The notes beneath the pieces are model-generated. The model saw only the letters and a program-made list of their open reading frames with translations, was not told the DNA's origin and did no database searches. From NCBI RefSeq assembly GCF_000143415.4, contig NW_003314367.1:416230-480229 (forward strand): DNA of 64,000 nucleotides. Reading direction: 5' to 3'. How positions within the stretch are numbered: position 1 is the first letter of the stretch; every line of letters starts with the position of its first letter. This document shows, piece by piece, positions 21,813 to 34,343 of this stretch. A program made the position numbers and the translations under genes. Origin of the DNA: Selaginella moellendorffii (taxonomy: Eukaryota; Plantae; Lycopodiophyta).

Positions 21813-24800
21813 TCACACTGGCTTCAGCGCAGCGATTTCTTCGGCAAGATTGTGAGCCTTCTTCTCGATGCCTTCTCCCAACGTAAAGCGTTCAAACCTC
21901 CGGACGCGGATGTTCTCGCCCAAGCTCACCGTCTTGGCTTGCAGCACATCTTTGACGAGCATGGTGTCGTCCTTGAGATACGGTTGCTCAAGCAGGGCTC
22001 TCTCCGCCAGCAGCTTGCTCAGGCGCCCCTCGACAATCTTGGCACGAATCTGCTCGGGCTTGTTCTGCAAGTCGTCCCTTTGCATCTCAATCTCGCGTTC
22101 CTTGTCCTTGATGTCAGCTGATATGTCGTCCACAGACACGTACTCCACCTGCGGGCAAGCGACCAGTTGCATCGCCAGATCGTCGGCCAGCTCCTTAAAC
22201 ACTGTGTTCCTCGCCACAAAGTCCGTCTCACTGTTGACCTCCACCAGCACGCCGATACGTGACGCATGAATGTAGCTCACCACCATCCCTTCTGCCGCTA
22301 TTCTCCCAGCCTTCTTCTCCGCACTTGCCAGTCCCTTCTTTCTCAGGTAGTCCTTCGCCTGTTCAAAGTCGCCTTTGCATGCTACCAGAGCTTTCTTGCA
22401 GTCCATCATGCCAGTTCCTGTTTCTTCCCGTAGTTGCTTCACCAAAGAAGCCGAGATGGCGATGGTTTGAGCATCCTTGTCCGTCTCGGAGCTGCCGCTG
22501 CTATCGCTGGTGCTTTCCGTGGCCGGTGCTTCGACGACCTTCTGTGCCTGTGCTTCGGCTTGAGCAGCGACTTCAGCTGCAATATCGTAGCTGCGTTTCT
22601 CAAGGCCTTCTCCAACAATGTATCTTGCAAACCGCCTCACTTGGATGTTTTCACCCACGGCTGCAATTGTCTGCCTAACCAGATCCTTGACGAGAAGACT
22701 GTCATTCTTGATGAACGTTTTCTCAAGCAGCGCTAGCTCCGCGAGCCTCTTCGCAACTCGTCCCTCCACAATCTTGGCACGTACAGCCTCGGGCTTGCTC
22801 TGTATGTCTTCCCTTTGCATCTCAATCTCGAACTCCTTGCTCTTCACCTCGGCCGGAATATCGTCCACAGACACGTATTCAACCTGTTGAGATGCAGCCA
22901 GCTGCATTCCCAAGTCCTCCACCAGCTGCGTGAAGAGCTCGCCCCTAGACACAAAATCTGTCTCGCAGTTGACTTCTAGCAGGACACCAATCCGACCGTC
23001 ATGAATGTAGCTCCTGATTGCTCCCTCGGCGGCGATCCTGCTAGCCTTTTTATCCGCACCAGCCAGCCCCTTTTTCCTCAGATACTCGATGGCCAGCTCA
23101 AAATCTCCGTTTGTTTCCACCAGAGCCTTTTTGCAGTCCATCATGCCTGCTCCTGACTGCTGCCTGAGAGACTTCACCAATGCCGCGGAAATCACTATGC
23201 CGACAGACTCTGCTTCCGTGGCCAGCATCTCTTCCTTCGTCGTACTTTCTTCCTTTGTCTCCTCCACATTCTCTTTCACTTCGGCAATCGCTTCTTTTGC
23301 CTTTTCATCGTCGGCAGATTTATCATCCTCCAGCGCTTTTTCCGTCTTTGTCTCCGAAACTTCACCTTCTTCCTCTTTCACGTCCTCTTTCTGCTGAGGT
23401 TCCTTGTCTTGGACAGCTGCACTTGTCACCTCTGCTGGCTCTTCCTTGTTCTCAACAAGTTCATTTTCAACCTCTGCTATCGGCACCTCCTCGTCCCCAG
23501 GCTTTTCCACGTTTTCGACGGCTTCCTGTGGCTCTTTTTCCACACGCTTATCTTCCACGTCTGGTACAGCAGCAGCAGCAACCACATCCTTTGGTTCCGA
23601 TAGCTCCTCCTCCTCTTCCTTTGGCAACTCCTCTCGAACTGCACTTACTGTTTCCGTAGCCTCTTCTTCCACGGAAGGTTCCTTTTCTTGTGAGGCAGGG
23701 GCCTCCTCTTTCACAATTTCGGCCTCGTCAGCCGTCGATACCGGGTCTTCTGGTGCTTCAGCGTTCACATGTGCCTCTTCCGCCTTCTTTTTCTTGCTCT
23801 TCTTGTCGGCTGCCTCCACAACTGGAAGCTTCCCCGACTCCTCTAAATACTTCCTGATGGCAGCATTTTTTCGGAAAGCAAGCTCAAATGCGTTGGTGGC
23901 GGTCATGCTTCCATTAAACTCCTCGTTCACCTTCTTCAGGTCCAGCTCTTCCTTCATGGTCAGATTGATTCTTCCCTCGATGATGCGGAGCACCTTCACC
24001 TTCACTTCCTGTCCCACTTTAACGAGGGTCTCAATGGGAACATTCTCCCCGGCCACGCTGATCTCATTCGCATGCATGAAGCCTTCTTCGCCTCCAGGGA
24101 GTTCCACAAAACAGCCTCTTCTTGTCAAGTTCTTGACAACACCTGTCGCAGCCTGTCCCTTTTGGTAGTTTGACGTCTTCGGCTTGTCAGTCGCTGGTCG
24201 TCGGTTTTGGCCTGCTGCCCCTGGAGCACCCCTTCCGGCAATCTTTCCACGGAAGGCCTCTCGACCGCCTGTGGCCGGAGCACCAGAAGAGGGTGCTCTT
24301 GTTGGTTCTGGCTTGGGAGTGGGATCGTACAGCTTGAGCTTCACGCGTCTATTCTGCAAGTCCGCCTCGAGTATCTGAACTTGCACCTCCTGCCCGACCT
24401 GTACAACGTCCTCCACAGCCTTGACGAATCCCTCACCCAGCTTCGAAATGTGGAGCAAGCCGTCTACTCTAGCACCGAGATCCACGAAAGCACCAAACGT
24501 CATGATGGACTTGATTCGTCCAGTCAGGACCTTGTCCGCAACCAAGTCCTCGTCTTGCACGGCGAAGGTCCGTGTGACCCTTGAAGGCGTACCTGCCGGT
24601 GGTCTTCGTCTCTGAGTTCCAGCAGCAGTATCAGAAGCCCCAGCTTCGCTCTTTTCAAGATTGGTGAGGAGCTCGTCGATGGTTGGCTCTTCCTTCTCTT
24701 CGGCGGTGGTTCCTGTCGTAGCCGAGGACGCACGCGTAGACGTGGTGGTGCTGCTGCTGCTAGAAGTGAAGAGAGGACCCCTGTGAGACCGCGGAAGTTC

Positions 24801-24956
24801 AGCTCTCCAAGTCCTCCAGGAGGGTGAAGGCGAGGGAGATAAGCCGGAAGCCATGCGCTTTCTGGGCCTCCATTCCCAGCTCAGTCCATGATGGAAGGAT
24901 TGAAGTGTACCGGTGGTACATTGTTGGCACAGCAGAGCCGTGGTTGCGGCAGTCAT
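21813..24956 (-). CDS. PETs: Plastid PETs polyprotein: transit peptide, two S1 domains, acidic linker, two EF-Ts repeats; intronless
   Basis: S1 motifs [17 protein letters not shown] and GCFVEL..GEEGFMH; two copies of LVK.LR...[10 protein letters not shown] and EVN(C/S)ETDFV. Confidence 0.95.
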   Translation of the reverse strand: MTAATTALLCQQCTTGTLQSFHHGLSWEWRPRKRMASGLSPSPSPSWRTWRAELPRSHRGPLFTSSSSSTTTSTRASSATTGTTAEEKEEPTIDELLTNLEKSEAGASDTAAGTQRRRPPAGTPSRVTRTFAVQDEDLVADKVLTGRIKSIMTFGAFVDLGARVDGLLHISKLGEGFVKAVEDVVQVGQEVQVQILEADLQNRRVKLKLYDPTPKPEPTRAPSSGAPATGGREAFRGKIAGRGAPGAAGQNRRPATDKPKTSNYQKGQAATGVVKNLTRRGCFVELPGGEEGFMHANEISVAGENVPIETLVKVGQEVKVKVLRIIEGRINLTMKEELDLKKVNEEFNGSMTATNAFELAFRKNAAIRKYLEESGKLPVVEAADKKSKKKKAEEAHVNAEAPEDPVSTADEAEIVKEEAPASQEKEPSVEEEATETVSAVREELPKEEEEELSEPKDVVAAAAVPDVEDKRVEKEPQEAVENVEKPGDEEVPIAEVENELVENKEEPAEVTSAAVQDKEPQQKEDVKEEEGEVSETKTEKALEDDKSADDEKAKEAIAEVKENVEETKEESTTKEEMLATEAESVGIVISAALVKSLRQQSGAGMMDCKKALVETNGDFELAIEYLRKKGLAGADKKASRIAAEGAIRSYIHDGRIGVLLEVNCETDFVSRGELFTQLVEDLGMQLAASQQVEYVSVDDIPAEVKSKEFEIEMQREDIQSKPEAVRAKIVEGRVAKRLAELALLEKTFIKNDSLLVKDLVRQTIAAVGENIQVRRFARYIVGEGLEKRSYDIAAEVAAQAEAQAQKVVEAPATESTSDSSGSSETDKDAQTIAISASLVKQLREETGTGMMDCKKALVACKGDFEQAKDYLRKKGLASAEKKAGRIAAEGMVVSYIHASRIGVLVEVNSETDFVARNTVFKELADDLAMQLVACPQVEYVSVDDISADIKDKEREIEMQRDDLQNKPEQIRAKIVEGRLSKLLAERALLEQPYLKDDTMLVKDVLQAKTVSLGENIRVRRFERFTLGEGIEKKAHNLAEEIAALKPV

Positions 24957-25253
24957 CCTTGAAGTTGTTTTCGAGACGCAGTCATCCGAGGATACTCGGC
25001 AGCCTTGTCATTGCAGCGACGCCGGAGGCTTACCTCGATTCATGCCGCGCGAAGCCATGCCCACCGTCCACTTATTATCTGTTGGCCTCCAATCCAATGT
25101 GCTTTAAAATCCCTTCCTCATCATCCTGGGCAGTGTATTTACCGGTACTTAATCGCGACCTTAAGAAGACGTTCCCCTGCTGCACAGGGAGCGAGGGAAG
25201 GAGTGAGAACAACAGTGGAGAAGTTTGAAAGAAGAACACAAACCAGATCTGAG

Positions 25254-26219
25254 CTAGCCTCCCATGAAAGGCAGGAATCCTCTCTTGGGTCGAGTCTCCT
25301 CGATGAGCACCGCCTTCATGCTGTCCTTCTCCACCAGTCTCCAAGCCGCCTGTTCCAATGCCAGTCCGGCCAGAGTCGGAGGCTTCTTGAGCACTAGCGG
25401 GTACCCCCGGTTGGTGCTCTTGATCACCTCCGAGTCCTCTGGAACGACACCAAGCAGCGGCAAGCCCAGCATCTCCTGGACATCCAGCACCGACATCATG
25501 TCCTCCCCCTTGATCATGTCGCTCCTCACCCGGTTGACGATCATCTTGATGTCCTTGATATCGTCGCACTCCAACAGACCCGTGACGCGATCCGCGTCTC
25601 GCAGGCTGGTGATGTCCGGGGTGGTGACGAGCACGGCCTCGTTAGCCGGTGTGATGGCGGTGATGAAACCGGCGTCGATCCCCGCGGGGCAGTCGATGAG
25701 GATGAAGTCGGGGCATCCGTCGGGGCGCTGCTTGAGCGCGTCCACGAGCCACGTCAGTGCCTTGCCGCCGAATCCCATGGGCATCTTGTAGCGGGGCTTG
25801 TTGATGCACAGGAGCTCCAAGTTTGTCCATCGCTTGTCGCGGACCAGCGCTTGATCCAGCCGGCATTCGCCGTTGAGCACCTCCATTGCCGTGTAGTTGA
25901 CGCGATTCTCCAGGCCCAGCAGCAGATCCAAGTTGCGCAGCCCCACGTCCGCGTCGATGGCAACCACGCTGAAGTCGAGCCGCGCCAAGCACATACCTAG
26001 ATTCGCAGTCACCGTCGTCTTGCCCACGCCGCCTTTGCCCGATGTCACCACCACAACCCGGGGTCGGCTCCCAGCCAGCTCCGGCCGCCGATTCCACTGC
26101 AATACCGCGCGGATCTGCCCGCTGCTCCTCCTCGTCCTCCTCCTCTCCCTGCTGCTGCTGCTGCGCCCAAGCCCTAATCCCGTGGGAGCAGGGAGGGCGC
26201 CCGTCGCCACCACCACCAT
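25254..26219 (-). CDS. MinD: Plastid division ATPase MinD1
   Basis: Deviant Walker A SGKGGVGKTT, DADVGLRNLDLLLGLENR, IDCPAG, C-terminal amphipathic tail KRGFLPFMGG. Start assigned to MVVVATG at 26219; MKEQ upstream is an alternative. Confidence 0.95.
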   Translation of the reverse strand: MVVVATGALPAPTGLGLGRSSSSRERRRTRRSSGQIRAVLQWNRRPELAGSRPRVVVVTSGKGGVGKTTVTANLGMCLARLDFSVVAIDADVGLRNLDLLLGLENRVNYTAMEVLNGECRLDQALVRDKRWTNLELLCINKPRYKMPMGFGGKALTWLVDALKQRPDGCPDFILIDCPAGIDAGFITAITPANEAVLVTTPDITSLRDADRVTGLLECDDIKDIKMIVNRVRSDMIKGEDMMSVLDVQEMLGLPLLGVVPEDSEVIKSTNRGYPLVLKKPPTLAGLALEQAAWRLVEKDSMKAVLIEETRPKRGFLPFMGG

Positions 26220-26382
26220 CTCCTCCTTAAACCCTAAACTTTTTGCCTGCTCTTTCATTTCATATGACCTCGCTTGAATTGCGTCGCATAAGGCGGGAAA
26301 GAAGAAAAATCGAAAGCGCGCGCGCGCTCTCAACGCGACCCTAGGGCATCGTCGTCCACGCTCTAGCATTCTCTCGCTCGCC

Positions 26383-27444
26383 ATGGAAGCTCGCCCAGGT
26401 AAATCTCCTCCCTCCTCATAGATCTCATGGCGCATTACATTTTCTTCTTCCAGTGCAGCAGCAATCCACGGTTTGCTCCACCGAGGCGCCGCTCTACAAC
26501 TTGAGCTGCTGCCCGCCCAAGAAGAGATTCCGGCCAGCGGACAGCAGCGCCGGCACCGTCAGGGAGCGCTTCTGCGGGATTCCATTGCTTCCTGCCAAGA
26601 AACGCGTGGTAGCCTTCCAGTTTGGGGAGGAGCAGCTCCTCACATCTCTCTTGCTCCACCAAGACGAATCGGACGCCAAGAACAACACAATGAAGCCCGT
26701 CCCAGAGGTTGAGCAAAACAACAGCAACAAGCGCGAGGAAGTGTTTGAAACGGATGCGCCAGATCCAGATCCAAGGATGGTCACAGCACAGCAGGAGAAT
26801 GATCTCTCCTGGTCGTGCCGCTTCTGCCAAGCCAGTGGCGATTCAGAGGTAGCATTCTTTTTTTTTCCCTTTGATACATGACATAGAAGTTTCGGATAAA
26901 CTTGGTGTGCTTTTAGGAGGCAGGGCCGCTCATGGAATATCGGAACCGGACCTTGATCCCAGCCACATCTTGCCATCAAGGAGAAGCTTGCCATGATCGC
27001 CCAACAGCCGTGCACGTCCACCTTCGTTGTGCCGAGTGGTACGTATCAGCAGCATCTGTCGTGCACGGATGATGATCCATTCTTGATCACGCAGGGCTCC
27101 CAACGTCTACTACACAGGCGATGGCGAAGGGGGAGACGAGGGCGGTGATCAGCAAATACGGAACGTCAAGTCGGAGATTGGGAGAGCCAGCAAGCTCAAG
27201 TGCCATGCCTGTGGCTCCAGAGGCGCCGCGCTGGGATGCTACTTGAGCAAGTGCCGCAAAAGCTTCCACTATGGCTGCGCTCGTCGAGCCCAAACCAAAG
27301 GCCGATGGGAGACGGTAATCTCTCTCCTCAGGCTCTTTCTTTCCCTGTGATTAATCCATCGCCATTCGCCACCAGGAAAGGTATTTGTTCCTGTGCGACG
27401 ACCACGCGGCGTGGAGCTTTCCCGGGGAGACCGAAGGGAAATAA
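26383..27444 (+). CDS. Stand-alone extended PHD finger (zf-HC5HC2H) of plant BRCA1/BARD1 type, 5 exons
   Basis: GT-AG spliced model gives CRFCQ...HVHLRCAEWAPNVYY...KCHACGSRGAALGCYLSKCRKSFHYGCA...RW..ERYLFLCDDH...EGK*. No RING or BRCT domain. Confidence 0.85.
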
Positions 27445-27525
27445 ATGTGAAGCACGTTTTTGTGATTTAAACACGCGACAAATATTTAGGGTTGATACAT
27501 ATAGTTTTCTTTCTAGGGCGGAAGA

Positions 27526-30155
27526 ATGGATGTGGAGGAGGAGGGCGATGCTGCGCCGGCGCCCGGCCCAGCCCCCGCGCCCACGCGCAAGCCCAAGCGC
27601 CCGCTCGACTTCGAGCACGCATTCCTGGATGCGTTGCCCTGTGCCGCCATGTAAGCTCCAGATTTCTTTCGCCTTTCGCGGCTCACCGCTTTGCGTCCAG
27701 GTACGAGAAGAGCTTCATGCACAGGGACGTCGTCACGCACGTCGCGGTGTCCGTCGCCGATTTCTTCATCACTGGTAGCTGTGACGGTAAGTGAGCAACG
27801 AAAGGGAATGAGCGACACTTATCCCGATCTCTGCCACAGGGCATCTCAAGTTTTGGAAGAAGAAAGGAACTGGAGTGGAGTTTGTGAAGCACTTTCGCTC
27901 CCATGTTGGCCCCATTGAAGGACTGGCTGTAAGTAAGCACTTGTGTCACTGTATCTTGCTTGTCTTGCCCTTCTTTCTCACTCTGTCTTTGGGTTCTCCA
28001 GGTGAGCGCAGACGGCCTTCTCTGTTGTACTATATCGAACGATCGCTCCGCGAAAATCTACGATGTTGTCAATTACGACATGATTTCAATGCTGCGGCTC
28101 TCTTTTGTTCCCGGGGCGGCTGAGTGGGTTGTCAAGCAAGGAAGCACCGACTCAAAGCTTGCCATTAGTGACAGAGCGACGCCTGCTGTTCACATTTTTG
28201 ATGCTCGTTCTGGGAGCAACGACCCTCTGATTTCCAACGAGGTACGTACATACCAGTTGTCAAGTATGGGCTCTCATTCGCTTATGGGGCTTTGCAGGTG
28301 CATGGCTCCCCTGTCAAACTGATGAAGTTTATCCCGGCATTCGATACCGTAGTCTCGATCGACGACAAAGGAATGATTGAGTATTGGTTGACAAAAACCA
28401 TGGAGTTCCCTTACAAAGTGTAAGTGTCATAAAAAGTGAAAACACAGGCTCGAGCGAGCTAACTGGTTTCGTTTGTTGCCTGCAGTGTGAATTTCAAGTA
28501 TAAAACTGAAACTGATCTGTACACTCTAGCAAAATGTAAAACAACAGTGTCTGCCTTGGAGGTGAGTTTATCTTGTGGTTCATCACCCGGATGTAAAGAT
28601 GACCTTTTCTCCTTTGCAGGTTAGTCAGGACGGGCTACAATTTGTGACCTCGTCACCAGATAGGCGCATCCGCGTGTTTAGATTTAAAACAGGTAAACTG
28701 AGGCGGACCTTTGATGAATCACTGGAGGTATATATGATTGAATCGGTTCCCAATTCTAGATGCTTCGTACTGACGTGGGAAACGTTTCCAGGTCGCACAA
28801 GATTTGCAGAGAAGTGACCAGCCACTGTGCCGGCTAGATGCTTTTGACTTCGGGCGCCGCATGGCCGTTGAGAAGGAAATTGAGAAAGCGGAGAACGTCC
28901 CACCCGCCAACGCAATCTTCGACGAGAGTGGCAACTTTTTGCTTTATGCAACACTCTTGGGAGTTAAGGTAAGTCACCCTCACTCCGCCATGTGATGCGC
29001 GTTTTACTTATTTGTTGAAGTTTATCCAAAGGTTGTCAATCTGTCCACCAACAAAGTGGCGAGAATCCTTGGTAAGGTGGAAAACACGGAAAGGTTTTTA
29101 AGAATTGCGCTGTACCAAGGGGGAAGCGGTGTCAAAAAGGTCAAGAAGATTGGTGCCAATGCTGTAGACCAGAAGGAGTCCGTGACAGATCCAACCCTCA
29201 TCTGCTGCGCATTTAAAAAGCACCGTTTCTATATTTTCAGGTACGCAATGCTGTGCACTCGCTTTACGCTAAAGCCATTCTGTGAGTGATCTGTAGCCGG
29301 AGGGAGCCTGAAGAAGCAGAGGATGCATCCAAGGGCCGGGATGTCTTCAACGAGAAACCCCCGCCTGAGGAGTTGCTGGCAATATCGGACGTTGGCAAGG
29401 CTACCACTACTTCCTTGCCCCTGAACGTGGTATGTGTGTTATGTTCGGAATTGATGGCGAGGCCTGAATTGTTTTCTCCAGATGATGCATACGACCTTGG
29501 GAGACATCCACATACGTCTCTACCCCGAGGAATGCCCGAGGACCGTGGAGAACTTTACTACGCACTGTCGGAATGGTTATTACGACAACCTGATATTCCA
29601 TCGGGTGATCAGAGGCTTTATGATCCAGACGGGCGACCCGCTGGGAGACGGCACAGGCGGGCAGTCAATTTGGGGGGGTGAATTCGAAGACGAGTTCCAC
29701 AAGAGGTAGGCGAGCTTGCATCATTGTCGTGTTTCTTGTGTGCTCAAATAGCACCACGTTTGTGGCGTGCTTTGCCTTTTTTGTCCACCAGCCTTCGACA
29801 TGATCGCCCGTTTACCGTGTCCATGGCGAATGCGGGGCTCAACACCAACGGGTCGCAGTTTTTTATTACGACAGTGGCGACACCGTGGCTGGACAACAAG
29901 CACACCGTGTTTGGCCGCGTCGTCAAAGGCATGGATGTCGTGCAGGTAAAGAAAGCAATTGCTACAACAACAACAACAGCAACAACAACAGTGTTGTTGT
30001 GTAGAGGGCTTCGCTCTCTCTCTCTCTCTCCTCGTGTTGGCATTGATTTGTTTTGTGAACGTAAAAAACAGGCCATCGAGAAGGTGAAGACGGACAAGAG
30101 CGACAAGCCATACCAGGACGTGAAAATTCTCAACGTGACGGTGCCCAAGGGATAA
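27526..30155 (+). CDS. CYP71: WD40-repeat cyclophilin CYP71 (PPWD1 ortholog), multi-exon
   Basis: [41 protein letters not shown], cyclophilin [22 protein letters not shown] and [16 protein letters not shown]. Confidence 0.95.
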
Positions 30156-30630
30156 GCTTGGAGGCGTGGAGCGAGCAAGGAGGAAACAAAGGGCCAGGGA
30201 AAAAGGAAAAAAAAGGTGGGGTGGGGCCGCGACAACGTGTTTGAGCACGTGGTTTTCACGCCAATTTGAGGCAGCTGGGTAAATGGAAAATGTGGCCCTT
30301 TAAACCTACCTAAGCTCGCTGGACAGAGGGAGAGGGGCGCCATTATTTACATATGGAAGGCGTGCGCCGCGCGACCTCCACTCCTTTTGCAGCACGCGCT
30401 TGTGTTTTTGCTTCTCTCATCGCAACCAAGTCAGAAGAGCTCCCTCTTTGTGTTCCCCCCGTGCCCAGGAGAGAGAGGAGCTCCAGGCAGCGCAAGATTG
30501 ATTGAGAGATTGTCCACTCTTCCGGGAGCTGCTAGGCCTAGATCTGGGGGATGTTGCGAGAGATTTGTGTGTTCTTCCTGTAGCAGCTCTAAGAGGGAGA
30601 GGGAGAGGGAGAGGGAGAGGGAGAGGGGGG

Positions 30631-33279
30631 ATGGATTTCGATTTCTCGTCCTTTCTAGGGGGTCCTAGCCCCGACTTCAATCCGTTCCAGGAGGAGGTGG
30701 GCGGAGGGGGGGCCATCCAGAGCACGTTTGCGGACACGGCGCTGCAGGACAAGCTCACCTTGCTCGTCGACAACTCGTCCCTCTGCTGCTGGACGTATGC
30801 AATCTTCTGGCAGCTCTCCAGCGCCGACGGCCAGATGTAAGCTCTCTCTCTCTCTCTCCCCCGTAGCATCACCTAGCATCATCTGCCGTGGTTCTAAAAG
30901 GGCTCACTTCACTTCAGGATTCTGGGCTGGGGCGACGGCTACTTCTCCACCAACGAGAACAGTACCCAGCGGAACGAGGCCAAGCAGTTCGATGCCGACC
31001 AAATTCTCAGGCGCAAGGTCCTCCGCGAGCTCCACGACCTGTGCCATCCCGAGGAGGACCTCCGAGAGGTGGAGCATGTCACCGACCAGGAGTGGTTCTA
31101 TCTCCTCTCCATGTCGTGGAATTTCCCCTGCGGTGAAGGGTACGTAGAAACACGCTTCTTGTCTTGTTCCAAGGCTGATAAGCTCCAGGAGAACTCGCAG
31201 CATTCCAGGGCGGGCGTTCCAGTTTGGGCAGCACATATGGATTTGCGACACTGTCAAGCCCATTAACTTCCAGTGTGCGCGACTGGAGCTTGCCAAGGTA
31301 ACGTATTCTTTTTTCTGTGTTTTCATCACCTGTGCTCCGAGATTGCGTGCTGACTTCACTCCTCCCCTCTGTGCTTGTACCCAGAGCGCAGGAATTCAGG
31401 TAACCAAAAGTTGAACTGGCCATGTTGTATAGATCTCTCACGTACTCCACGCTGCAGACAATCGTCTGTGTTCCCACCCGAAACGGAGTTGTGGAGCTGG
31501 GATCCACCGAAATCGTAAGCTTTCGTGTTTTTCGCTTCTCTTTGTTGGAGATGATATATGTGGTGCCGCAGGTTAACGAGTGCTCGCGGACACTCCAAGA
31601 CATAAGGAGATACTTTGAGGAGGAGCAGCAGCCAGGTACATTCCAGGTGGCGGATGTGCAGCAGCAGCCGCAGCAGCAGCCGCAGCAGCAACCGCAGCAA
31701 CAGCATCATCATCACCAGGCTTCAGCATACGAGAGCATTCTCCTCTCTGGCCCCTTGTCCAGCTCCAGCAGCATCACCGTCAACTCGGGCATGGAGCGTG
31801 GCGCACACCTCAACCCGTCGCTCAAGGCGTCCTACCCGGACAAGCTTAGCTCCTCGGCCCTGGGCAGCAGCACCGGGATGGAGTACTTCTACTCGTCCGA
31901 CCCTTACGACATGCCAAGCCTGGACAGCGACAAGGAGAGCGTGCCCGTCATCCTGCCCCCGTACTCATCCAAGTCGTACGACGACAAGCACTTTTTCCAG
32001 CTCGGGGCACCACCCAGCAACAAAGGTGGTGGGAGCATCAGGCCCGGCCACAGCAACAAGTTCCAGGCCTTTGTAGCGGAGAGTAGTGAGATTGTCACGT
32101 CCATGGACTCCAAGAGCCGCAGGGTGGCCGAGCAGCAGCAGCAGCAGCAAAAGCAAGCGGCAAGCATGACGTACTTGAGGGAGGCAGCCAGCAAGAGCTC
32201 GGGTCCCAAGCCAGGGGGCATGAAGCAGCAGCAGCAGCAGCAATCGGAGACGACGGTGGCAGCTCTGATGAATCCACCGCGCTCCAGCATCGAGACGGAG
32301 CAGGAGCTGGACTCGGAAGCGGAGGTGTCGTTTAGAGAAGCGGCAGACTGCAGCCTCAACGTGGTGCAAAAGCCTCCAAGGAAGCGTGGCCGGAAGCCTG
32401 CAAACGACCGCGAGGAGCCCTTGAATCACGTCCAGGCGGAGCGGCAACGGCGGGAGAAGCTCAACCAGCGCTTCTACGCGCTGCGCTCGGTGGTTCCAAA
32501 CGTTTCCAAGGTAGGCAGATCTCTGCCAATTCTTTATGCGCTGAGCCTACAATGCTTCTTTTCTAGATGGACAAAGCATCGCTGCTGGAAGACGCCATCA
32601 AGTACATCAAGGAGCTGCGGGACAAGGTCCAGAACTTGGAAACACAGATGAAGGAGATGCAGCTCCACGCGTCGTCGGCGTCGTCTCGTCATGCTACTCA
32701 TGCTGCCGCTGCTGCTACTGCTGCTGCTGCTGCTGCTGCTGCTACCAACACCAACGATGCGACGAGGCTCCTGGGAAAGCAAAGTAGCCTGGCCACCTCT
32801 CTCAGTGCCAGTGCCAGTGCCAGCGCCGGCGGCGATGTGCTGGACACGCAGTCGGAGGTGCGGTCGCGCTACAAGGAGCGGGAGCAGCAGCCGGATGTCT
32901 ACGTGCACCTTGTGGGATCGGAGGCACTGGTGCGCGTCAAGTGCCCCAAGGACAGCTACCCCGTCGCCAACCTCCTCGTCACGCTGCAAGACGAGCTCCA
33001 GCTCCAGGTGGAGCACGCCAGCATCTCCAGCCTCGACCGCCACCACCTCCTCCACACCGTCATTGTCAAGGTACCAAAGCAAGCAAGCTCTCTCTCTCTC
33101 TCTCTCTCGCCCACTCTCGCATTCCATGCGCTTGCCTTACACAATATTTCGTGGTGATGCAGATGCGGGAACACGTGTCGCTGACCAAGGAGCAGCTGCA
33201 CTCGACGGTGAGTCGGGCGTTTCATCTGGCCAAGAAAGATGGCGCTCCTGCGCCTGCTGCTGATCGGCCAAGCGACTGA
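30631..33279 (+). CDS. MYC2-type bHLH transcription factor (bHLH-MYC_N, bHLH, ACT-like domain), multi-exon
   Basis: [82 protein letters not shown]|MDKASLL. Confidence 0.92.
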
Positions 33280-33520
33280 CTGACCGACTCGACGCGAGTG
33301 ATTGTCTGTGTTTGAGCGGCAGCAGCACCTCCCCAACCCCACGCATGTAATTCTACACCGCCCGGCGCTCCACTCGGATGGCGCCCCTTTAAAATGGCTA
33401 ACAAATCCAAAACAAAACCGAGTTATTTCCTGCGCTCTCGTCTGGGGTTCGAGACCCACCCAGGACGACGAGCAAGGGAAGAAGCTACAGCTACAGCAGC
33501 TATAGCTGCTACCTAGGGCC

Positions 33521-34343
33521 ATGGAGGAGGAGCGCCACGACTCTATTGCTCTCGCACAGGTTTGCCGCCCCCCTTTCTTCTCTCTCTCTCTCTCTCGCAC
33601 ACACACACTCACAACGAACAACAGCAGCACGACATGGACAGGAGCGATCTCCCCAAGGTATGCGCTGCTCTGTGCTCTGCGTGTTTGATCTCGATGCTTT
33701 GTACCTTACTGGAAGGCTCTTGGAGAGGGCGATGGCGAGGAGGGGGCGACGACTGCTGAGCGCGATGGCGATCCCGTCTCTGTGAGTGCTCTCCTAGCTA
33801 GATCTTGTGCTGGTATTCATCGACCGTGTTGTGTGTGGGGCGGGGCAGGAGATCAACAAGTCGAGAGCCGAGCTGCTTGCTCGGGTCCAGAACCTCAAGA
33901 AGGTAGACATTGATTGCAGCGGGCTTGGCTCATTATGTGGGGGGGGGTGGCACTGGCAGGACTTGCAAGACTGGCGGGGGAAGCTGGATTCTCAGGTGAA
34001 GAACTACCGCGAGGTATTGTTTCTCTCATCCATGACGATCACCTCACGAATGAAATGCTCAGGAGCTTGGAGAGCTCCGCAGCACATTGAACTCGGAAGT
34101 GGAGCAGCTGAGGAGTGTAAGTATAGCATTTTCATCTTTTTATTTCTGTCGTTTTACGAAAAAGCTTGTGTGGTGGTTCAGGAGTTTCAGGACCTTCGGA
34201 ATTCGCTGAATAAGCAACTCAACGTGCAAGACGAGGTTGGATTTCTTTCTTTCTTGTGCCTCCTCCTTCTCTCATTCGTTTGGCTTGGCCAGGGTGCACA
34301 CAACGGCGGCAGTGCCAGCATTCCTCCTCCTCCGCCTGAATAG
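33521..34343 (+). CDS. Small uncharacterised coiled-coil protein, multi-exon
   Basis: GT-AG spliced model: MEEERHD...EINKSRAELLARVQNLKK|DLQDWRGKLDSQVKNYRE|ELGELRSTLNSEVEQLRS|EFQDLRNSLNKQ...PPPPE*. Confidence 0.7.

Noticed and set aside
23089-24615. Antisense ORFs over PETs and other GC-rich genes
   Set aside because: Shadow ORFs from codon bias, with no independent motifs.
25254-26219. Recent bacterial HGT or contamination (minD next to an EF-Ts gene)
   Set aside because: Both have transit-peptide-like N-termini and plant-type architecture, and sit among spliced genes; they are ordinary endosymbiont-derived nuclear genes.
26220-26435. N-terminal extension of the MinD ORF to 393 aa
   Set aside because: It runs through the telo-box/promoter region and overlaps the first exon of the divergent ePHD gene; a downstream ATG gives a normal transit peptide.
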